The notes beneath the pieces are model-generated. The model did not search any database, was not told where the DNA came from, and worked only from the letters and a program-made list of their open reading frames with translations. Shown piece after piece: positions 7,952 through 17,754 of a DNA stretch of 44,717 nt (position 1 is the stretch's first letter; each line of letters starts with the position of its first letter). Origin of the DNA: an uncultured Dictyobacter sp. (GTDB lineage Bacteria > Chloroflexota > Ktedonobacteria > Ktedonobacterales > Ktedonobacteraceae); contig CAXTXB010000003.1 of the NCBI GenBank assembly GCA_964247965.1, positions 231 through 44,947 on the forward strand, given 5' to 3'. The translations under genes were made by a program, and so were the position numbers.

Positions 7952-9163
7952 TTATTCATTCGTCAGAAGATGGTGCCCATCGACGTTCACGATTTCCAGT
8001 TCTTCTGGATGATCGTAGCGAGCAATCAATTGCTCTGCCCGTGTCATCACATGATCGAACGTCATGATTTCTATAGAATGAAGAGAGGCACCTAATCGAC
8101 GAAAGTATTCCTGTTGAAAGGTGTTCCATTCATGAGAACGCCCAATGACAATGCGAACTCGTGGTCGGACAAAGAGGACCGCACGTTCTTGCAGACGGCT
8201 TTGTGTGTAAATAGTATCTGCTCTTCGTTCCACGGCTCGCAGATACTTTGCTGCTTGCGCCAGTACTTTTGAAACTTCCTGTGAGAAGTAGTAGGTTTTA
8301 TGGCTCGGATCATGCTGAAGGACAGGTGCCTCTGGCGTTTTGAGTTCAAGGATATCGATAAACCCATCAGAGGTTTGCAATGCCATGTCGATGGTTGTAT
8401 CTGTATCGATATCACGAAGATTATTGATGCGCTGAACGTATTCTGTGCCGAAGACCCAGGAGTGGGCCTCAAACCACTTTTGATAGACGTGTTCAGTAAC
8501 GGTTCGACCTTTCCCATTTCCCTTCACCTGGTGGACGTTCCCTTCAACCATGTCTCGAAGCTCTTGCAACTCAGCTTTGTATTTTGTTTGGAGAGCCGCA
8601 GCAGCGAGATGTTTCAGGGTTGCCAGCTGGAGCTGACCATTCGCGTACAAACCTGCGAGTTGATGAGAAAGAGCAACGTCACTGAGGATGTTCGCGAAGG
8701 TTTGACGCTGAGACTCTGTCAAGTTCTCAAAGATTTCCTCAGGAGAAAAGGAAATACTGGGCTCCTCTTCCTTGGCGAGAAGAACTTTTGCCTGATGAAT
8801 ATAGGCGAGAAATGTTTCAAGGTCTGCATGATCTAAGCGAACTGCTCCTAATCGTTGAAAGTGTGAAGGTACTTCGTCAAGTCGTCTCCACTGTTCAATG
8901 TAGACATACACTCCTTTCGGTAGCTCATCATTCATATGTCGATGGATCGTCACTGCTTGCGCGATCTTGACAATATCGCGTCCTTGCTTGAGCCAACAAG
9001 AAGCTAAGTATTTGAGATTCTTTCGCCGAAATGGCTCATCTGGTGACTTCTCTTCGTTTCGACGAATACCGCGAGCGATCTGTTCTTCCGTTTTGATCGT
9101 CTTTTCACCCTCTTCAAAAAGATGGAGAAAGTTTCCTCCCTGCCCTTGTTGATCATTGAGCAT
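7952..9163 (-). CDS. sduA: Shedu anti-phage nuclease (DUF4263)
   Basis: EHVYQKWFEAHSWVFG, DMAL...DILELKTP, VLAQAAKY, RPRVRIVIGRS, IEIMTFD. Confidence 0.88.
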   Translation of the reverse strand: MLNDQQGQGGNFLHLFEEGEKTIKTEEQIARGIRRNEEKSPDEPFRRKNLKYLASCWLKQGRDIVKIAQAVTIHRHMNDELPKGVYVYIEQWRRLDEVPSHFQRLGAVRLDHADLETFLAYIHQAKVLLAKEEEPSISFSPEEIFENLTESQRQTFANILSDVALSHQLAGLYANGQLQLATLKHLAAAALQTKYKAELQELRDMVEGNVHQVKGNGKGRTVTEHVYQKWFEAHSWVFGTEYVQRINNLRDIDTDTTIDMALQTSDGFIDILELKTPEAPVLQHDPSHKTYYFSQEVSKVLAQAAKYLRAVERRADTIYTQSRLQERAVLFVRPRVRIVIGRSHEWNTFQQEYFRRLGASLHSIEIMTFDHVMTRAEQLIARYDHPEELEIVNVDGHHLLTNE

Positions 9164-9482
9164 CGTTTTCCCTATCTATAAGCAGGTAAGCAGTTATTTG
9201 TAGCTAAAAGTACTGATACATGCTTTAAGAGTATTGTGATTTCCAGCAATTTGTCAAGGAACAGATGTTTTAGATTCTCACTTTGCAACTGCTTCGCCTT
9301 CTTTCTTTCCTTCAATTCCGCCAATTCGTGAAAAGTTGGTGGAATCGAGTGAGATGAAAGTGTAGCGCGTTCTCATAGTTTGTTCTTAAAAGTTTCTCTT
9401 TGCTGGTCAGGCTTTGCTGTTCGGTGGTGCTTACGGCGAACCTTGCCAGCCAAAGTGAAGAGCAAAGGGGGAAGAAACATAG

Positions 9483-9677
9483 ATGGAGTACAGAATTTAC
9501 CTGTCATTTGAAGCCTGGAAACAGATGGTAGAGCGCAGGCCCACGAACTTGCGTGGCGGGTGCAAGACTCCGAGTCGGGAGTCGGAGGGCACATGCATTA
9601 CTACAGCGATTGATCAAGATGTAAAAAATTGGCTTTGCGCCAATGGTGTACGAGTCGAGCTGATAGCAGAGCAGTAA
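9483..9677 (+). CDS. Hypothetical protein
   Basis: RBS and operon-like spacing to the next gene. Confidence 0.5.
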   Translation: MEYRIYLSFEAWKQMVERRPTNLRGGCKTPSRESEGTCITTAIDQDVKNWLCANGVRVELIAEQ

Positions 9678-9689
9678 GAGGAGAACACT

Positions 9690-10034
9690 ATGGCGATCGA
9701 GGAATCGGTTCTCGTGGGACAGCAAGGCTGCCAATTTGCTGCTACAGATCGTGAAGCGTTGGCGGCGATGTGCCGGGAGCGAGCTGGCCAGGCGGAGGAG
9801 AAGTCGGCGGAGTGGTATGCGTTCGGGACTGCTGGAGCTTTTCTCAGTGGGACCGGATCAATCGAGTGGGTACGTAGCGAGCTACAGAAGGCGCGGGAAG
9901 AGTGCCTGTTTTACGCTCAGCGAGACAGCAACGCGCCAGATGCCCAATACGGGACCTATGGTGCCTACATGAGGGCCAAGGCGATGATTTACCAACATCT
10001 TCTTTTTGCTTTACCACGTAGTGCATGCCTGTAG
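9690..10034 (+). CDS. Hypothetical protein
   Basis: GAGGAG RBS; in operon. Confidence 0.6.
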   Translation: MAIEESVLVGQQGCQFAATDREALAAMCRERAGQAEEKSAEWYAFGTAGAFLSGTGSIEWVRSELQKAREECLFYAQRDSNAPDAQYGTYGAYMRAKAMIYQHLLFALPRSACL

Positions 10035-10246
10035 TTCATGAATGCATGAAACTGAAAAAGGAGAAAAACATTAGCCAGATTGCAGGATACACGTATGATG
10101 CAGCAGCTTATCATCCTGAGTGCTTACCGGAAGATGTTGATCCTAACGGGGAAGAGGTCGGAGTCGTTTTCAATTGGGATGAAGCTGCATGTGAATTGAC
10201 GTGCGATGTGTGCTTTGAGCCTCTTCTTGAGTGTGATTTCAATTAG
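10025..10246 (+). CDS. Small acidic Zn-binding protein
   Basis: GYTYDAAAYHPEC...CDVC; start uncertain. Confidence 0.5.
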   Translation: MPVVHECMKLKKEKNISQIAGYTYDAAAYHPECLPEDVDPNGEEVGVVFNWDEAACELTCDVCFEPLLECDFN

Positions 10247-10254
10247 TACGAGGA

Positions 10255-10521
10255 GTGGGAAACATGCCGATCGCAGAAGCGATTATGGAGAGGGGACCTG
10301 GCGGGCAGGATGCAGTGAACGATGACGGGTCCCCTTTTTGCTGTCGTTGTAAGGAAGATTTCCCCGTAGTGCGTGAACCCGCCACATGGCAAATGGGAAA
10401 GATGCGGTTACTTGCGATGGCTCCGGAGACGATTCGTCGGCAATTCCGTGACTGGCTCACACATCCAACTGGAAAACATTTGTGTGGAAATTGCTACTTT
10501 GACCTGACTGATGAAGATTGA
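10255..10521 (+). CDS. Small Zn-finger protein
   Basis: CCRC...CGNC. Confidence 0.6.
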   Translation: MGNMPIAEAIMERGPGGQDAVNDDGSPFCCRCKEDFPVVREPATWQMGKMRLLAMAPETIRRQFRDWLTHPTGKHLCGNCYFDLTDED

Positions 10522-10562
10522 TGGTGCGCTCCACTCGCTTTCTTGAAAGGAGGACTAGAACG

Positions 10563-11000
10563 ATGAAAGTATTCAAGGGTGAGCAGCTGGTGACGGTGAC
10601 AGCGGATGTGGTTGTGACTGTTAGAGAAAGAAAAGCTCGTCGCGTTTCTCAAGATCATGTTTTGCTGATCCAGCGCCGGAGGCAACCGTACCAGGGCATG
10701 TGGGCATTGCCAGGCGGCAAGCTCAATCCTGGTGAGTCGATTGAGGGCTGCGCGTTGCGGGAGCTGACTGAAGAGACAGGCATCTGCGGGGAGTTGTTGT
10801 CCAGCTTGATCGGGGTCTATAGCGATCCAGGGCGCGATCCTCGTGGTCAGTTCATTTCAATAGCGTATCGTATGGCGTTGCCTACTTTTCCTTTAATCGT
10901 CGCTGGTGATGACGCAGCGGATGTTGCATGGTTCCCCCTTCATGGCCTGCCAGCTCTGGCTTTTGATCACCTCGATATTATTCAGCATGCTTTTGTGTAG
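10563..11000 (+). CDS. Nudix hydrolase (ADP-ribose pyrophosphatase-like)
   Basis: WALPGG...GESIEGCALRELTEETG Nudix box, RDPRG, AGDDA, LAFDH; AGGAGG RBS before ATG 10563. Confidence 0.92.
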   Translation: MKVFKGEQLVTVTADVVVTVRERKARRVSQDHVLLIQRRRQPYQGMWALPGGKLNPGESIEGCALRELTEETGICGELLSSLIGVYSDPGRDPRGQFISIAYRMALPTFPLIVAGDDAADVAWFPLHGLPALAFDHLDIIQHAFV

Positions 11001-11013
11001 TGGAGACGAAGCA

Positions 11014-11211
11014 ATGAATCAGAACCTATCGACACACGAGCAGCATTTAGACACATTGCGTCAACAAAACGCCCCTCATGACCTGATTCAAGCATATGAG
11101 CAGTGGATCGAAGCTGGTCGACATCTTGCTTGGCCAGGCGATGAGCAAAGATGGCGTCAACAAGGTCAGAGCCTTTTAGAGCGTGTATTGAACGAGTTGA
11201 AAAGGATTTGA
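11014..11211 (+). CDS. Hypothetical protein
   Basis: GGAG RBS; tight packing. Confidence 0.5.
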   Translation: MNQNLSTHEQHLDTLRQQNAPHDLIQAYEQWIEAGRHLAWPGDEQRWRQQGQSLLERVLNELKRI

Positions 11212-11213
11212 AC

Positions 11214-11510
11214 ATGAAATGGATTCTATGGAGTGCAGCAGTGCTGCGACGGATCATCTCCTTACTGGTAATCATTCGATTCTTCCAGCGAGCGCGTTAC
11301 CACATCATCTTCATTGATCAAGGCAGGCGTGTCCAAAGGCGCGTTGCCATCTTCTTCCCTGGCGATGAAATTCGCATTGGCTCCCTCTGGGAAACCCCTT
11401 ATGGTCACCTGTACGCGATCGTTGATAACATCCCCTATGCAATTGATGCCAGCAAGGATCGGCCTGAAGTGCTGGTGCTCGATGGCATGGTTGTTGCTCA
11501 AGGTTTGTAG
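11214..11510 (+). CDS. Hypothetical protein with N-terminal hydrophobic segment
   Basis: MKWILW start right after the previous stop. Confidence 0.5.
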   Translation: MKWILWSAAVLRRIISLLVIIRFFQRARYHIIFIDQGRRVQRRVAIFFPGDEIRIGSLWETPYGHLYAIVDNIPYAIDASKDRPEVLVLDGMVVAQGL

Positions 11511-11538
11511 CGTATGCATGCGGAAAGGATAAAAGGCA

Positions 11539-11865
11539 ATGTCAACATGCGTGCTTATTGATCGAGAGACGGTGAAAGCGCAACAGCTTCAACTTGTTGT
11601 GACGGGTTTGGCGGAGCGTCGAGCGGGAAATATGGAGACAACGCTCAATGCGCTTGGGGTTATAGGAAGTTATGTGCAGAGCGGGGGACCGCAGAGAAGG
11701 AAGTATGAGGTGTACGTTTCCGCATACGCGAATGTGGAGATGGTTAAGAAGTATCTCGAGCGGGAGGGCCTCTATTCTTCTTCTCCTCCAATTTGGATTG
11801 ACGGCACTATCGGTGAGGACGAAACGATCACCGATGAAGACCGCCTTCCTGATGAGGAGGGCTAG
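11539..11865 (+). CDS. Hypothetical protein
   Basis: RBS; operon packing. Confidence 0.6.
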   Translation: MSTCVLIDRETVKAQQLQLVVTGLAERRAGNMETTLNALGVIGSYVQSGGPQRRKYEVYVSAYANVEMVKKYLEREGLYSSSPPIWIDGTIGEDETITDEDRLPDEEG

Positions 11866-11867
11866 GG

Positions 11868-12467
11868 ATGAGCACGACGGAACGATTTCTCGCGCATGTT
11901 CGTCAAGGCAACTTTCGCGGAGGCCAAGTCATGCTCGGCTTTCTGTCGAAGCCGACAGTTCGCCCCGATCAGTGGATCGATGATGCCTCTGAAGAGACGA
12001 GGCGGGGCCTTCCAACCGGCTTTGAAACGGTAGAGAGAGCACAAGAATACTTGTGTTGCGCTCATGCGCAGCGCATTGCTCCATCGCACGATCCGGATTG
12101 CCAGGATGATTTTAGTGGCATGTACCAACTGGATGCACTCACCATTTCAGCCTGGCGACAACTGGATCACATCAAGCATGATCCCTCTATTATTCTTATC
12201 CATCGCACATTTCACGTGGAGGTACACGGCGTTCATATAGAGGTTGAGATGACGCTTGACCCGCTTCATGACCGCCAAACATGGGAAGCGTATTCCTCTA
12301 CCCCATTGCGGTTGAGTAACATCAATGGTGATGACGATGGATACGACATTGACCGGAATGAGCACGGGTACTACACCTCATGCGCTACTTTTCCTCTGGA
12401 TGATGTACCCCTTATTGACGTAGATCCGGAGTTGGATGGCATTGAACCGGAGGTGATAGAGCAATGA
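11868..12467 (+). CDS. Hypothetical acidic protein; C-half resembles 22752-23069
   Basis: FHVEVHGVHIEVEM...QTWE vs FTVEIEGYTVNIKI...QSWE. Confidence 0.6.
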   Translation: MSTTERFLAHVRQGNFRGGQVMLGFLSKPTVRPDQWIDDASEETRRGLPTGFETVERAQEYLCCAHAQRIAPSHDPDCQDDFSGMYQLDALTISAWRQLDHIKHDPSIILIHRTFHVEVHGVHIEVEMTLDPLHDRQTWEAYSSTPLRLSNINGDDDGYDIDRNEHGYYTSCATFPLDDVPLIDVDPELDGIEPEVIEQ

Positions 12468-12685
12468 AAGAGCCAGATGCTCGGATTATCGAGCAAGAAG
12501 CGCGCCAGGATTGCGAGATTGAAGTGTCTGTAGTGACGGGAATACCTGGCCGCCGTGCCACGGGCTTTGGGGTGAAACTTACTCACAAAAGATATAATCG
12601 CACGATCCTCCTTGGATCTGCGCGCCAATGGCAGGGGCTGAAGGATGCCTGGTCAACTTTGGGCGAACGAGAGGTACAAAGATGA
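12464..12685 (+). CDS. Hypothetical protein
   Basis: ATGA overlaps with both neighbours. Confidence 0.55.
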   Translation: MKEPDARIIEQEARQDCEIEVSVVTGIPGRRATGFGVKLTHKRYNRTILLGSARQWQGLKDAWSTLGEREVQR

Positions 12686-13008
12686 GTCGGCAGCAACGCT
12701 CATGGGAAGAGCAAGCACGCTGGATCAAGGAGCAACTTCCACATATGCGCTTCACCCTCAATGAGCGATACAACTCGATCTGCACGGTCTGGTTCGACGA
12801 CGATCCCGACGGCGAGAAAGTGATGCGAATGGGCGAAATTCTGGAGAACCTCTTTGGAGCCTATCTTACTGGCCCCTTTTCCAATGTCGCATTGATGGGA
12901 CCAACACATCAGAGCTTTGGCTTTCGGACATGGGACCTCATCGCTCATGCCAATCGGGTTCTCCCCTTGCCGGCTGAATTGTGGCCGGGTGGCCCAATCT
13001 ACATATAA
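12682..13008 (+). CDS. Hypothetical protein
   Basis: ATGA coupling; GAGG RBS. Confidence 0.55.
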   Translation: MSRQQRSWEEQARWIKEQLPHMRFTLNERYNSICTVWFDDDPDGEKVMRMGEILENLFGAYLTGPFSNVALMGPTHQSFGFRTWDLIAHANRVLPLPAELWPGGPIYI

Positions 13009-13089
13009 ATGGACTTTTCGTGCGGCTTATGGAGTGCATTCTGCTTACCATAAAACGGCTGAACAGCGTATCAAAGGAAAAAGCAAACG

Positions 13090-14238
13090 GTGAAGATTAC
13101 GTGCACACAACAGGAGCTTCGAACTGCTCTTTCAACCGTTGGGCATGCAGTATCAGGGAGACCTACTCTTCCCGTACTGGCCAACATTCTTCTTAAAGCG
13201 GATCGTGGTCGCCTGGAACTGGCGGCGACCAATTTAGAGATTGGCATTAACTGTCGAATTGACGGTGCCGATATCAGCGAGGGTGGAGCGACAACGGTAC
13301 CGGCGAAGACATTTACTGATCTGGTTGCAAGTCTTCGACCAGGACCAGTAGAGCTCTCCCTTGATGAGGCAGCGCAGAGTTTGTCCGTCAAGGGCGCGGG
13401 TTGTAACGCGACAATTAGAGGATTAATCGATCCTACTGAGTTCCCTCAGCTCCCCAACTCCGAGGGCGGTGATGTGCTCACCCTCAATAGCAAGTTGTTG
13501 AAAGAGATGATAGCTCAAACGGCGATCGCAACGGCTGACGATGACTCGCGCCCTGTTCTCACTGGAATTGTTATTGACCTGGAGGATGAATGTTTGACGT
13601 TCGCCGGCGCTGATGCCTTTCGTCTGGCGCTTCGAAAAGCTGATGTTCCCTCTGGCCTGATCGACTATCTTGCTCCGATCATTGTTCCCGCAAAGACACT
13701 CCGCGAGCTGGCACGTATCCTATCGGGAGACGACGAGGTGCAAATGGTCGTGATGTCGAATCGGAGCCAGGTGCTTTTCCATACTGCCCGCGTTGATCTA
13801 GTCTCTCGACTGATCGAAGGGGCAATCCCCAACATTAAGGCAGCCGTGCCAAAGGAATACATCACGCGTGCTGTTGTGGGTACTGATGACTTCGAGATAG
13901 CAGTGAAGGCTATTACCCCATTCGCTCGCGAGGACTCCAATATTGCGCGCATCAAGATCGCTCCTCGCGATGATGGGGATGGGACGCTGACACTGGAGTC
14001 ATCAGCGGCCGACGTGGGCAGCAATATCACCACGATTCCTGCTGCCGTTCAAGGCCCTGGTTTAGACATCATCTTCAACTCCAAGTATCTCATCGATGTC
14101 CTCGCGATCATGGACATGGAGAAAGTCGCCCTGGAAGTTACTTCTCCAGGTCGGCCAGGCGTCATCAAACCGATTTGTCCTCCAGCAGTCACCCTCGATT
14201 ACACCTACATCATCATGCCAATGAGCACGAATCGCTAG
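13090..14238 (+). CDS. dnaN: DNA polymerase III beta sliding clamp (element-encoded)
   Basis: RPTLPVLANILL, LAATNLEIGI, DDSRPVLTGI, ADAFRLA, LVSRLIEG, IFNSKYLIDVL, YIIMPM; 382 aa. Confidence 0.96.
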   Translation: MKITCTQQELRTALSTVGHAVSGRPTLPVLANILLKADRGRLELAATNLEIGINCRIDGADISEGGATTVPAKTFTDLVASLRPGPVELSLDEAAQSLSVKGAGCNATIRGLIDPTEFPQLPNSEGGDVLTLNSKLLKEMIAQTAIATADDDSRPVLTGIVIDLEDECLTFAGADAFRLALRKADVPSGLIDYLAPIIVPAKTLRELARILSGDDEVQMVVMSNRSQVLFHTARVDLVSRLIEGAIPNIKAAVPKEYITRAVVGTDDFEIAVKAITPFAREDSNIARIKIAPRDDGDGTLTLESSAADVGSNITTIPAAVQGPGLDIIFNSKYLIDVLAIMDMEKVALEVTSPGRPGVIKPICPPAVTLDYTYIIMPMSTNR

Positions 14239-14301
14239 GAAAGGGCAAACGCTGACGAGTAGTGAGACTGGCTTACTGGATAGCCAGCTTGGAGAAGAAG
14301 A

Positions 14302-14643
14302 TTGAACGATAAGGCATACATTGCAGAGATTAAAAGAACCTACGCAGGTTCAGATGATCCACAAGAGAAGCTGACCCTCGCCGCACTTGGGCTGACGGGC
14401 GAGTCTGGTGAAGTTGCGGATCATGTGAAAAAGGCATTGTTTCAGGGGCACGATATTGACCCTGCACATGTCGCGAAAGAACTGGGTGACATTCTCTGGT
14501 ATATGGGGTTGGCCTGCGACGCGATCGGCTATTCCCTCGATGATGTCATGCAGATGAACGTTGCGAAGCTGCGCAGGCGTTATCCCAATGGGTTCGATCC
14601 TGAGCGGAGTGTCCATCGCCATCAATACGAAGGGCAGGAATAA
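14302..14643 (+). CDS. MazG-like nucleoside triphosphate pyrophosphohydrolase
   Basis: LGLTGESGEVADHVKK...KELGDILWY...NVAKLRRRYPNGF. Confidence 0.92.
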   Translation: MNDKAYIAEIKRTYAGSDDPQEKLTLAALGLTGESGEVADHVKKALFQGHDIDPAHVAKELGDILWYMGLACDAIGYSLDDVMQMNVAKLRRRYPNGFDPERSVHRHQYEGQE

Positions 14644-14654
14644 GTAAGGAGGAA

Positions 14655-14837
14655 TTGCGAACGGTGAAAGTAGCAGTTGAGATCGATGTCACTTTCGATC
14701 AGTTTAAGGAAGCATTGAAGCGGGCCGACATGCCGATGACGCCGGAAAATGTCCGGAAGCTCAATGAGCGGTTGCAACGGATCGCCAGGACGGCTGCTCT
14801 ACAAGCGCTAGCAGATTGGCAAGGCCAGGCGCGATAA
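14655..14837 (+). CDS. Hypothetical protein
   Basis: AAGGAGG RBS before TTG start. Confidence 0.5.
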   Translation: MRTVKVAVEIDVTFDQFKEALKRADMPMTPENVRKLNERLQRIARTAALQALADWQGQAR

Positions 14838-14967
14838 GGAGGATGTGCGAATGATGAATGATTTGGAACGAACACTGTACTTTCTTGGCTTTATTGCAGT
14901 CATCGCCATCGGTTTGTGGCTCGGCTACTGGGTCGTGCATCTTGCATTGCACGTAGGAGGCTAGCGA

Positions 14968-15276
14968 GTGATGAACACCTATCGATGTGAAACAAAGACT
15001 CAATGGGTCCTCTTCACAAGCGTTAGTGGCTTCTACTTTGGCGATGTCCCCTTTGGAATCGCGCATGGCCTCGTTGAGCATCGCTCCTGTGCCTTCCTGG
15101 CTGCTGGCGCGGGCGTTGCGCACATGAAGATGTGCCTGAACACGCATCAAGCGGTTGAATGTGTGATTGACGAGGTAACGAAGACAGACCACGAGCGGGC
15201 GCAGCTTGGATATGAGCCGGAAACCTTCTACCTGTTTCGAGCTGCATTCCCACCACAAGAATCTACGTTCATTTAG
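14968..15276 (+). CDS. Hypothetical protein
   Basis: AGGAGG RBS. Confidence 0.55.
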   Translation: MMNTYRCETKTQWVLFTSVSGFYFGDVPFGIAHGLVEHRSCAFLAAGAGVAHMKMCLNTHQAVECVIDEVTKTDHERAQLGYEPETFYLFRAAFPPQESTFI

Positions 15277-15438
15277 CTCATCTCTGAGGAGTAAAAAGCA
15301 TGGTTACGACGATCGTTTTAGGGTTCCTGTTGTTTTGGGCAGTTCTTATAGGCGTCGCATGGTATTGCGTCAAGCACGTTAGAAGGAGACGGCAGAAGGG
15401 GCCAGCCATTTTCTACTTGCAAGAGAGGAAGAACGTCG

Positions 15439-16017
15439 ATGAAACACATTCTCTCATTTAGCACAATCGCCCACGCCGTCTCAGAGAAAACATTTCTACA
15501 ACGCTACTTTTCTCTCTCTGATAATACTATCTCCATCATTCAAGCACTTCATGGACCAGAGACAGACATCCTTTTCTCAACACAGAATGAACTCACAAAC
15601 ATCCAGCGTGAGTGTGTCCTTCACTTGACTCGACCTACGCAGGCTCGCTTCAATATGCGCGAGTTGAGTGTACGAATCATTCCAGGCGAATATGCTCAGG
15701 GGCTGTTCTGGTTTCTGGATGATTCTAAGGGCGCGGGAGCTGTCATCATCAATGGCTATGAATATGGAGCCTTTGAAGGCGCATGTGAAGTTGCCCTGGC
15801 TGAGAACGAAGTCGATCGGTATCGCGCTGACTGTGCTGGCCGGAATTGGGATGATGTCGTTTGGGAATTGGTCAATGAGGCAATTGAGCAAATAAGAGGC
15901 ACTGGCCGGCAGATCAGTGAAGAGAACGTTGGTGACTGGTTAGCGAAAAATGGGCATTTCCTTTTGCCCGAGGAGATTACGAACTCCTACATCCAGATAA
16001 GGAGGATCAGACGATGA
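15439..16017 (+). CDS. Hypothetical protein
   Basis: RBS; 192-aa ORF in operon. Confidence 0.6.
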   Translation: MKHILSFSTIAHAVSEKTFLQRYFSLSDNTISIIQALHGPETDILFSTQNELTNIQRECVLHLTRPTQARFNMRELSVRIIPGEYAQGLFWFLDDSKGAGAVIINGYEYGAFEGACEVALAENEVDRYRADCAGRNWDDVVWELVNEAIEQIRGTGRQISEENVGDWLAKNGHFLLPEEITNSYIQIRRIRR

Positions 16018-16199
16018 TCATGGAGCCACAGGTGCTGGATCGGTCAGCCTCTCAGGAGGTAGAGCCACGTATAGCACATCCACGCTGCAAACGGTGTGGT
16101 TCGAAGCTCTTCTTCACGCAGCGGTTTGCTCTCTCGCGCTGCCCTCGTTGTGATGGTGGCGGCCGCTTGATTGGATCGGGGGAGGTTGCTCGACCATGA
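16014..16199 (+). CDS. Zn-ribbon microprotein
   Basis: CKRC...CPRC; ATGA coupling. Confidence 0.55.
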   Translation: MIMEPQVLDRSASQEVEPRIAHPRCKRCGSKLFFTQRFALSRCPRCDGGGRLIGSGEVARP

Positions 16200-16399
16200 A
16201 ATGTCCTGGTCATGCTTGGGAGCGGCTCTATGATGAGCGCGACTACCGTAAGTGTAAAATCTGTCGTCTTCTCCAGCGCCGGATTTATGGAAACTGGCAG
16301 CTTGTACCATCTTTGGCAACCAAGCCACGAAGTGCGGGAACGTGGCGCGGCGAGCTTGCTGGAGTCAATACTGGCAGTGCAAATGACCTGAATTTGTAG
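16196..16399 (+). CDS. Small Cys/His protein
   Basis: CPGHAW...CKIC; ATGA coupling. Confidence 0.5.
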   Translation: MKCPGHAWERLYDERDYRKCKICRLLQRRIYGNWQLVPSLATKPRSAGTWRGELAGVNTGSANDLNL

Positions 16400-16464
16400 T
16401 TGAAGCATGCGCCAGGCGGTGCGGGAAACATCACCTGGCGCGGTCATGAAAGGTTTAAGGTCTC

Positions 16465-17070
16465 ATGACATCACATCCTATCACACGTGGCAGCTCCTCA
16501 TCTGAAAAGGAGATCACGACAGACGATTTGATCGTTTCTCTTCTCCCTCGTATCCGTGCGATCGCAACACGATTCTCGCAGAGCGGAGTGGATGCTGACG
16601 ATCTGGTTGGTATCGCGATGCTGAAGCTTGTTCAGAAGGCGCAGTATGTTCTTGCAATGCCTCTTGGGCAGGCGGAAGCATATCTCTGTATGGCAGCACG
16701 CAATGCGATGATTGATGCTGTGCGTATGGCTCTTCGTCGGCCATCTATTAGCCTTGATGCCCAGCGAGGAACGCTTGATGAAGAGCGGGGGACGCTGGCA
16801 GAGAGTCTTTGCGATCGCGACGATCCGTTCTTACCTCTTCTTGATGCTGAAATTGTTGAGTCGATCCTTGTTGGTCTGTCTCGACCATCCTATCGCGAGA
16901 TCGTCGAACGGCGCTGTGGTCTGGGTGGTTACGGTCCTCAGTCACAATCCTATGCTGAAATTGCAGAGGCAATGCGTCTGGCTCCCTCGACGGCGAGAAA
17001 GAACGGTTGTCGTGCTTTCGCTGAGTTGCGTGCCCTTCTTCAACATCAGGAATTGGAGATCTCGGCGTGA
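16465..17070 (+). CDS. Sigma-70 family RNA polymerase sigma factor (regions 2 and 4)
   Basis: IRAIATRF...DADDLVGIAMLKL...ARNAMIDAVR, ISLD, SYAEIAEAMRL...RAFAELR. Confidence 0.85.
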   Translation: MTSHPITRGSSSSEKEITTDDLIVSLLPRIRAIATRFSQSGVDADDLVGIAMLKLVQKAQYVLAMPLGQAEAYLCMAARNAMIDAVRMALRRPSISLDAQRGTLDEERGTLAESLCDRDDPFLPLLDAEIVESILVGLSRPSYREIVERRCGLGGYGPQSQSYAEIAEAMRLAPSTARKNGCRAFAELRALLQHQELEISA

Positions 17071-17279
17071 TGAACCATCCTCAACAGGCAAAACTTCCAT
17101 GTGGATGTGCTGGAGCTTGGAATGATGATCTGAAGCAGTACGTGGCGGATCATTCTTGTGTCGAAGCAGCAGTGCTGAGGGCGAAGCGGCTCACGGTGAA
17201 ACGTCGGATGGCTGAAGAGTCGGCTCGGATGCTCCGTGCTCAGCTCAACGGCGATCGCACCTTTCGATTGCTGAAGTGA
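17067..17279 (+). CDS. Hypothetical protein
   Basis: Coupled to the sigma gene; PCGC motif. Confidence 0.5.
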   Translation: MMNHPQQAKLPCGCAGAWNDDLKQYVADHSCVEAAVLRAKRLTVKRRMAEESARMLRAQLNGDRTFRLLK

Positions 17280-17288
17280 GGTGCTGAT

Positions 17289-17567
17289 GTGGACCGATTG
17301 AAGCAAGGGAAGCTGATGCGAGGCTATGAGATCCGTGCCAGGCGAGCTGGCGAGTTCGGACAGGTCCATCGCCACGGATGGGCGGCACCTGACGAGCTCC
17401 CAATTGAGTGGGAGCAGATCAAAGCGGAGCCAGGCATTATCTACGCTGAAATTTTTTATGCGACACAACGAGCACGGCGGCCAGGAAAGCGGCGGATCAT
17501 CGAGAGCTGGTCGCCGCAAGAGCAAGAGAAGCAAGGAGGACAATGGGATATACAGGAGCATGTGTGA
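17289..17567 (+). CDS. Hypothetical protein
   Basis: GAGGTG RBS. Confidence 0.5.
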   Translation: MDRLKQGKLMRGYEIRARRAGEFGQVHRHGWAAPDELPIEWEQIKAEPGIIYAEIFYATQRARRPGKRRIIESWSPQEQEKQGGQWDIQEHV

Positions 17568-17746
17568 ATTGTTATGGCTATGCAAACTGCCTGTGCAGCG
17601 TCTGTCAAAAGGCACTGTGCTATGACTGCAATCTTACGCTCAATACGCAGAGAGAGGATGCTCAATTGAATGATGGAAAGTGCTGGACGTGTCGTGAAGA
17701 GGCGGCCGGCACTTATATCGGCGAGGAGATCGACGAAGAAAGCTGA
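17543..17746 (+). CDS. Cys-rich double Zn-finger microprotein
   Basis: CVNC..CSVC..LCYDC..CWTC. Confidence 0.6.
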   Translation: MGYTGACVNCYGYANCLCSVCQKALCYDCNLTLNTQREDAQLNDGKCWTCREEAAGTYIGEEIDEES

Positions 17747-17754
17747 GGGATGGA

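Noticed and set aside
14251-14290. Hammerhead ribozyme (CTGACGA core)
   Set aside because: The required GAAA after stem II and the flanking stems are missing
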